A stretch of 27,880 bases of DNA, taken from contig NW_021827566.1 in assembly GCF_006345805.1 (NCBI RefSeq), forward strand, positions 1 through 27,880, given 5' to 3'. Every line of letters begins with the position of its first letter. Within the stretch, counting starts at the first letter, position 1. The notes beneath the pieces were generated by a model that was not told the origin of the DNA, did not search any database, and saw only the letters and a program-made list of their open reading frames with translations. This document shows, piece by piece, positions 23,501 to 27,880 of this stretch. The translations under genes and the position numbers were made by a program. This DNA comes from Octopus sinensis. Taxonomy: Eukaryota.

Positions 23501-24690
23501 CTCTATTTGCAGCATTCCGTAGATTCTCAGCAAGACCACGGTATTGTTCTACTTTTAACATGTGTTGATGGTTCTTCACAAAATATATATTGTTGCCTTC
23601 GACTTGCAGGTCTACTGCCCATTGCTGGAAGAGCCTGCGCAAAGTCCTGTGATAGACTTAGCCGTTCACTTTGAAGCAGAATGGACCTCGTCCTTGTGGA
23701 TCATCAATAAAGAGCACCCATAGATGCGAAAGATAAAGCAGCATTGTACGACCTTATGTTTTCTTTGAAGTTAACATAATGTGGAAGTTGGAGGTTTGAC
23801 AATAGGGATATTTAGTATGGAGGAAATTCTCTTCTAACTGGAGGCACTACTCTCCCTTTATGACAGTAGCTGTTAAAGCATCCGTCTGATGGTCGCTCTG
23901 AAGTAAAATGTTTGGCTCTACAAAACTGATACAACATGTTCATGTCACCACAGTTATGAACCTGAACATTCTCTTCATTATAAGTATGATTAGTTACTAA
24001 ATTTTCTTGATTTCCAGCTCTTCGCACAATCCTCATGGCATTCGCATCCGGATGCCTTCGGTTATTTCTTCGTTCTTCCGTTTTAGTATTAATTAATGCC
24101 TCCATTCTTCTCCTCATTCGCTCTCTGCGAACATTTGCTTCTCCTTCAGTTTCATTGTCTAGTCTTAGTGTCTCTCTCCCTCTCTCTGTCTCTGTCTCTT
24201 TCTCTCTCCCTCTCTCTCTCTCGGGCCCTATTTCCTCTCTGCTGCTTGCTCTTGCGATGTTCTCTCTCTTTCGATTTCTCTCCTTTGTGTCGCTTGCTCT
24301 TCCGTTTCATCCTGTCGCCTTCCCGATGCTCTCCTTCTTAGATCTCTCCTCTCTTCTGTTTGCTGTTCTGTTTCATCTTGGCGCTTTTGTGCTGCTCTCT
24401 CTCTCACTCTGTCGATCTCTCTCTCCCCCCTCTCTCTCTCTAGATATCTCTCATTTGTGCAATGAGATTCTCCTTTTCATTTTGACGTCTTTAAGCCCGT
24501 CCTCTTGCATCTTATGCTCCTCTCTCTTGTCTCCTTTCTTGTGATTGATTTAATAATATAATTTTTAATCTATTTTTTTTTTAATCTTCTTGCATTCAGT
24601 CTCTCTGAGTGTAACTGGCTGCTCTTTGCCTTTTTCTCTCTCAGGCTAACAGTCGCCTTCTGTCTGCTTCATTCTCCACAGCAGACGGAA
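20576..24690 (-). pseudogene. Helitron Rep/PIF1-helicase (RepHel) pseudogene
   Basis: N-terminal 22-aa R(Q/D)(D/N)E(T/K)EEQ repeats; decayed Cys cluster (GDM...FCRAKHF...CHKGRV); ENIRSYNAALSFASMG; RLFQQWAVD; PDIFLTVTCNPNWQEV; HUH motif decayed to HVP; YIYKYIYKG; RFYLRLLL; broken Walker A (FLD..GTGNTY); IIDEAS; LLLGGDFRQ; ILTPKN; NGT; RRRFPI...MTINKSQG*; PVFSRGQL.VALSR. Stop at 20576-20578. Many stops, frameshifts and internal deletions. The start position is approximate. Confidence 0.95.
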
Positions 24691-24705
24691 GAGTATCACT
24701 GAATA

Positions 24706-24795
24706 GATAACAAACACTATATACCGTAAATAAGTTATGAGAGTACAGATAACTAAAATTATCAGTGAACTGATAACAAACACTGTATACTGTAA
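24706..24795 (+). repeat. 24-bp direct repeat (22/24), 66-bp period, upstream of the RepHel ORF
   Basis: gataacaaacact(a/g)tatac(c/t)gtaa at 24706-24729 and 24772-24795. Confidence 0.8.
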
Positions 24796-25409
24796 GTGAA
24801 CACACACACACATTGGAATCAAAATATTAGAGAAAATTATCTTCGTAAAATGTAAACAAAACATTTCACCTCTGAAATGATTCGTCTGAGTATCCACTAA
24901 ACGTATTTTATAGGGAAACCTCTGCAAGCATATATAATACCGGCGTTCTCTTTGCCACTTCTTCTCTTTCATTGCATATTACAATCTTTTAGTCACAGGT
25001 ATTACTCTTACTACTTCTCTTTCCCTGAATAACTATTTTCTCTCCCCCACCTTCACTTATACTATCCTTTCTGCTACTCCTCTCACTGCATGATTTTGGA
25101 CATATATATATATATATAGGCATACCTCACCCTACGTCATTAATTGCGTGCAGGAGACACGACTTAAGTCGAATTAAGTTGTCTCTAGGCTGAACTGATA
25201 ATAACCATTCCCAGTTCTGTATTTTTTTTATGAATGCATTTTCAATACTAAAAACCTATTTCAAGCTTAAATAACAAATTCAGTAATTATTATTTATTTT
25301 GATAGTAAAAAAACTAAAATATTTTGAATTTACCAATACGTACATACAGTTTTTAGGTTTACATCGCGGATGTCGATGGCTGTGGATCGTCAGAATCAAC
25401 AGCTGACTC

Positions 25410-27260
25410 TGGTTGTTTGTATTGTTCGATGCAGTTTAAAAAACCGGTTGAGAGTTCATTGAACTGTCTTCTTCCTTTCCTCAAGGATTATATTATAAGA
25501 AACAAAAGCTTCGTGACAAGACCCCATAATCTTGGGAAAGCATTGAGCATTTGGATCCATATAAAGAACTTTTCGATACATGCTAATGCTTGCTGCATTT
25601 TCTTAATGGTAAAGTAATGTGGCTCAGGCTCGACTTCCTCTTCTTCTTCTTCTTCTTCTTCTTCTTCTTCTTCTTCTTCTTCTTCTTCTTCTTCTTCTTC
25701 TTCTTCTTCTTCTTCTTCTTCTTCTTCTTCTTCTTCTTCTTCTTCTTCTGCTTCTTCTTCTTCTTCTTCTTCTTCTTCTTCTTCTTCTTCTTCTTCTTCT
25801 TCTTCTTCTTCTTCTTCTTCTTCTTCTTCTTCTTCTTTCTTCTTTCTTCTTCTTCTTCTTCTTCTTCTTTCTTCTTTCTTCTTCTTCTTCTTCTTCTTCT
25901 TCCTCCTTATCTTGCTGCTCATGAAGCTCCATCAAATCTTCGTTTGTCAGGGGCCGCTTGTCTTTTCCCAATAAATCTGTGAAATCCTCCTCTTCCAAAT
26001 CCATTTCCAGTTCTTTGCTCTTAGTCACCAACGTTTTGTTGATGGCATCATTATCAAACCCCTTTAAAATCATCCAGAATTTGCAGGCATAGCTTCTTCC
26101 ATACACCATTCATAGCCGTGCTCTCTACATCATTTTTTAGTGATGTCATTCAAAATTTCCGCTGCAATGTTTTGTACAGCCGTGTAGATATCGTATCTCT
26201 TCCAAAAGTGATGAAGTGTAATGGACTCATCAAGATCAGTGGCAGCTATTGCTTGCCGCTGCGTACGCTTCATGTAGTAACGCTTGAAGATAGCAATTAT
26301 TCCTTGATCCATTGGCTGTAGAAGAGACGTGGTGTTCGGAGGGAGGTACACGATGGTAACGTTGGGGTCACAATCTACGATGTTTTGCGGGTGGCTACGA
26401 GTATTATCTAAAATAAGTAAAATCTTAAAAGGAATCCCAGTCTTCTTAAAGTACTTCTCTGAACCAATCTTCAAAAGCAATCTGTGCTTTTGAATTAGCC
26501 ATCAGTACAACAGGGAGATATTGTTTGGACCTGTTCTTCAGGGCATGGGGTTTGTGTGCATGATACACCAGCAATGGCTATAATTTTAATTTCCTGTACA
26601 TAATGGTCACACCTTCTTTTGAGACCTTCTAGCTTGGAATAGTTTTCTCCTCCTTGGAAATGAATGAATGGTCTGGCAATTTTTTTAATACAATCCAGTT
26701 TCGTCTACGTTAAAAATCTGTTTGGGAAGAAACCTGTTCTCTTCTCTGATTTTCTTTAATGCATTAGGAAATTCCACTGCTGCTTGTTTGTCAGCTGATG
26801 CACTTTCGCCTTGCCTCTTAATGGAGTGATAACTTCTTCGCTCCCTAAATCTGATGAACCATCCTTGACTTGCCTTGAACTCTACATCTTTCTCATCCGG
26901 ATATTTTTTCTTCAGGTCTTCAAACAAAGATGCTTTCTCTTGAATGATTTTTTTGACTCATAGTAGCACACTGACGATTCAACCTAACAATCCAAAGAGA
27001 AAGAAGGCTTTCAATTTCTTCAAAGATTTTGCCTCTTTTCTTATTGATGACAGTGTTCTTCATCCCTGGGACTTCAGATTTGACATCTGCTAAAATCTTG
27101 TGCTTATTATTATGTACAATCATCGATACAGTTGTCCGACTCAGCCCCAAAAATCTTGCAATTGCTCACCTTTTCATGGCATTTTATCATAGCCAGTTTA
27201 TCTTCCAGCGTTATAGCATGACGCTTAGCACTTTCACTATGAATATTCTTTGGAGCCGAT
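25410..27260 (-). pseudogene. Tigger-type (TIGD1-like) DD32D transposase pseudogene
   Basis: psq HTH (KRHAITLEDKLAMIK...GLSRTTVSMIV); CENP-B HTH (FKASQGWFIRFR); catalytic FNVDETGLY, LILDNTRSHP and QPMDQGII with 32 residues between D2 and D3; AMNGVWKKLC; C-terminal TVQ*TLNRFFK. Stops, frameshifts and small deletions. Confidence 0.95.
25639..25902. repeat. ~260-bp (TTC)n/(GAA)n microsatellite inside the transposase acidic region
   Basis: Directly visible; flanked by transposase coding sequence on both sides (QQDKEE... and ...EVEPEPHYFTIKKM). Confidence 0.97.
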
Positions 27261-27682
27261 AAACAGACGTAAACAAATCTGAATTCAAAAAAACCGCGGG
27301 AATCACGAGTGACAACGACGTCTAACGGTAAATATTGGAACTACAGTGCAATATGAGATCAAAAATACCGATGAACAAGACAACACAGCTGATTTCATGA
27401 TTTCTTTCACTAAGCTACACTGCTTTATGGTTTGTGTCTTAACATTTACTGAACGTATTTTCATATGATTTTATATGCTTTTATTCTTATTTGTTGCCCA
27501 GTAATATGGTTTTGATGTGCTTTTAACGGTTTTCTATTGATTTTACGATTCCAGTATTTCTGGCGGAAAGACGTAAACTCGAGCAAAATGACTTAACTTG
27601 ATAACTTCTTGATAATTTCTCAATAATATTATTTTTGAAAACTGACGTATTATCGAGAACGACTTAAGGCGAGATATGACTG

Positions 27683-27686
27683 TGTG

Positions 27687-27717
<31 letters not shown>

Positions 27718-27750
27718 CAAGAGAGAGAGAGAGACAGACAGACAGATATA

Positions 27751-27807
<57 letters not shown>

Positions 27808-27880
27808 CATACATACATACATACATACATACATACATACATACATACATACACACATACATACATACATACATACATAC
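27683..27880. repeat. Compound (TA)n/(GA)n/(TACA)n microsatellite running off the window
   Basis: Directly visible. Confidence 0.95.

Larger units (their letters stand above)
20058..24700 (-). mobile_element. Helitron, autonomous-type but decayed; 3' end defined, 5' end unresolved
   Basis: RepHel pseudogene plus a 3' hairpin TGCCGT-N7-ACGGCA (20070-20088). Terminus reads CATG|T (20061-20057) where CTRR|T is expected. Confidence 0.9.
25117..27682 (-). mobile_element. Full-length Tigger/pogo-family DNA transposon (Tc1/mariner superfamily), 2566 bp, inactive
   Basis: 25-bp TIRs: TAGGCATACCTCACCCTACGTCATT (25117-25141) vs the reverse complement of 27658-27682, CAGTCATATCTCGCCTTAAGTCGTT (18/25), similar to the Tigger CAGGCATACCTCG start. 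TA at 25115-25116; the other flank reads TG. Subterminal palindrome CGACTTAAGTCG at 25160-25171. Confidence 0.92.

Noticed and set aside
24600-24685. Strong-looking plus-strand splice acceptors (polypyrimidine tract + CAG)
   Set aside because: They are the antisense of the purine-rich Helitron N-terminal coding repeats, with no downstream exon or ORF.
24925-24955. Minus-strand 'gagaacgccggtattatatatgcttg' as another Helitron 3' end or the boundary of the large Helitron
   Set aside because: Only the AACGCCGG half is present, with no hairpin partner and no CTRR.
25488-26109. Poly-Glu/Arg/Leu/Phe ORFs
   Set aside because: These are the (GAA)n expansion inside a dead transposase, not separate genes.
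23244-26159. CRISPR-like spacer acquisition as an explanation for the shared 27-mer
   Set aside because: There are no flanking direct repeats, no array and no cas-like genes. The context is eukaryotic, and the insert sits in the middle of a transposase frame.

Overview
AT-rich, microsatellite-dense eukaryotic DNA, intergenic or deep intronic. I find no intact protein-coding gene, tRNA, rRNA or CRISPR array. The SINE families resemble those I recall from octopus/coleoid cephalopod genomes; this is an inference, not a database result. The window is a TE graveyard. It holds a decayed, near-full-length Helitron RepHel (minus strand, ~20.06-24.7 kb) and a complete but dead Tigger/pogo DD32D transposon with TIRs (minus, 25117-27682). 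It also holds two remnants of R4/Dong-like REL-endonuclease LINEs, a probable Helentron-derived non-autonomous element, about ten SINE pieces from three tRNA-derived families (three with clear TSDs), and many simple repeats including a 1.5 kb (GTAT)n array. All long ORFs in the ORF track that are not TE remnants are microsatellite artefacts. The most unusual observations are: (1) an exact 27-bp piece of the Helitron Rep gene sitting inside the Tigger transposase 2.9 kb away; (2) a ~310-bp foldback with 69-bp perfect arms; (3) a chimeric SINE insertion bounded by one TSD pair; (4) a GTCGA-N5-TCGAC hairpin shared by different SINE families, with a conserved stem and variable loop.
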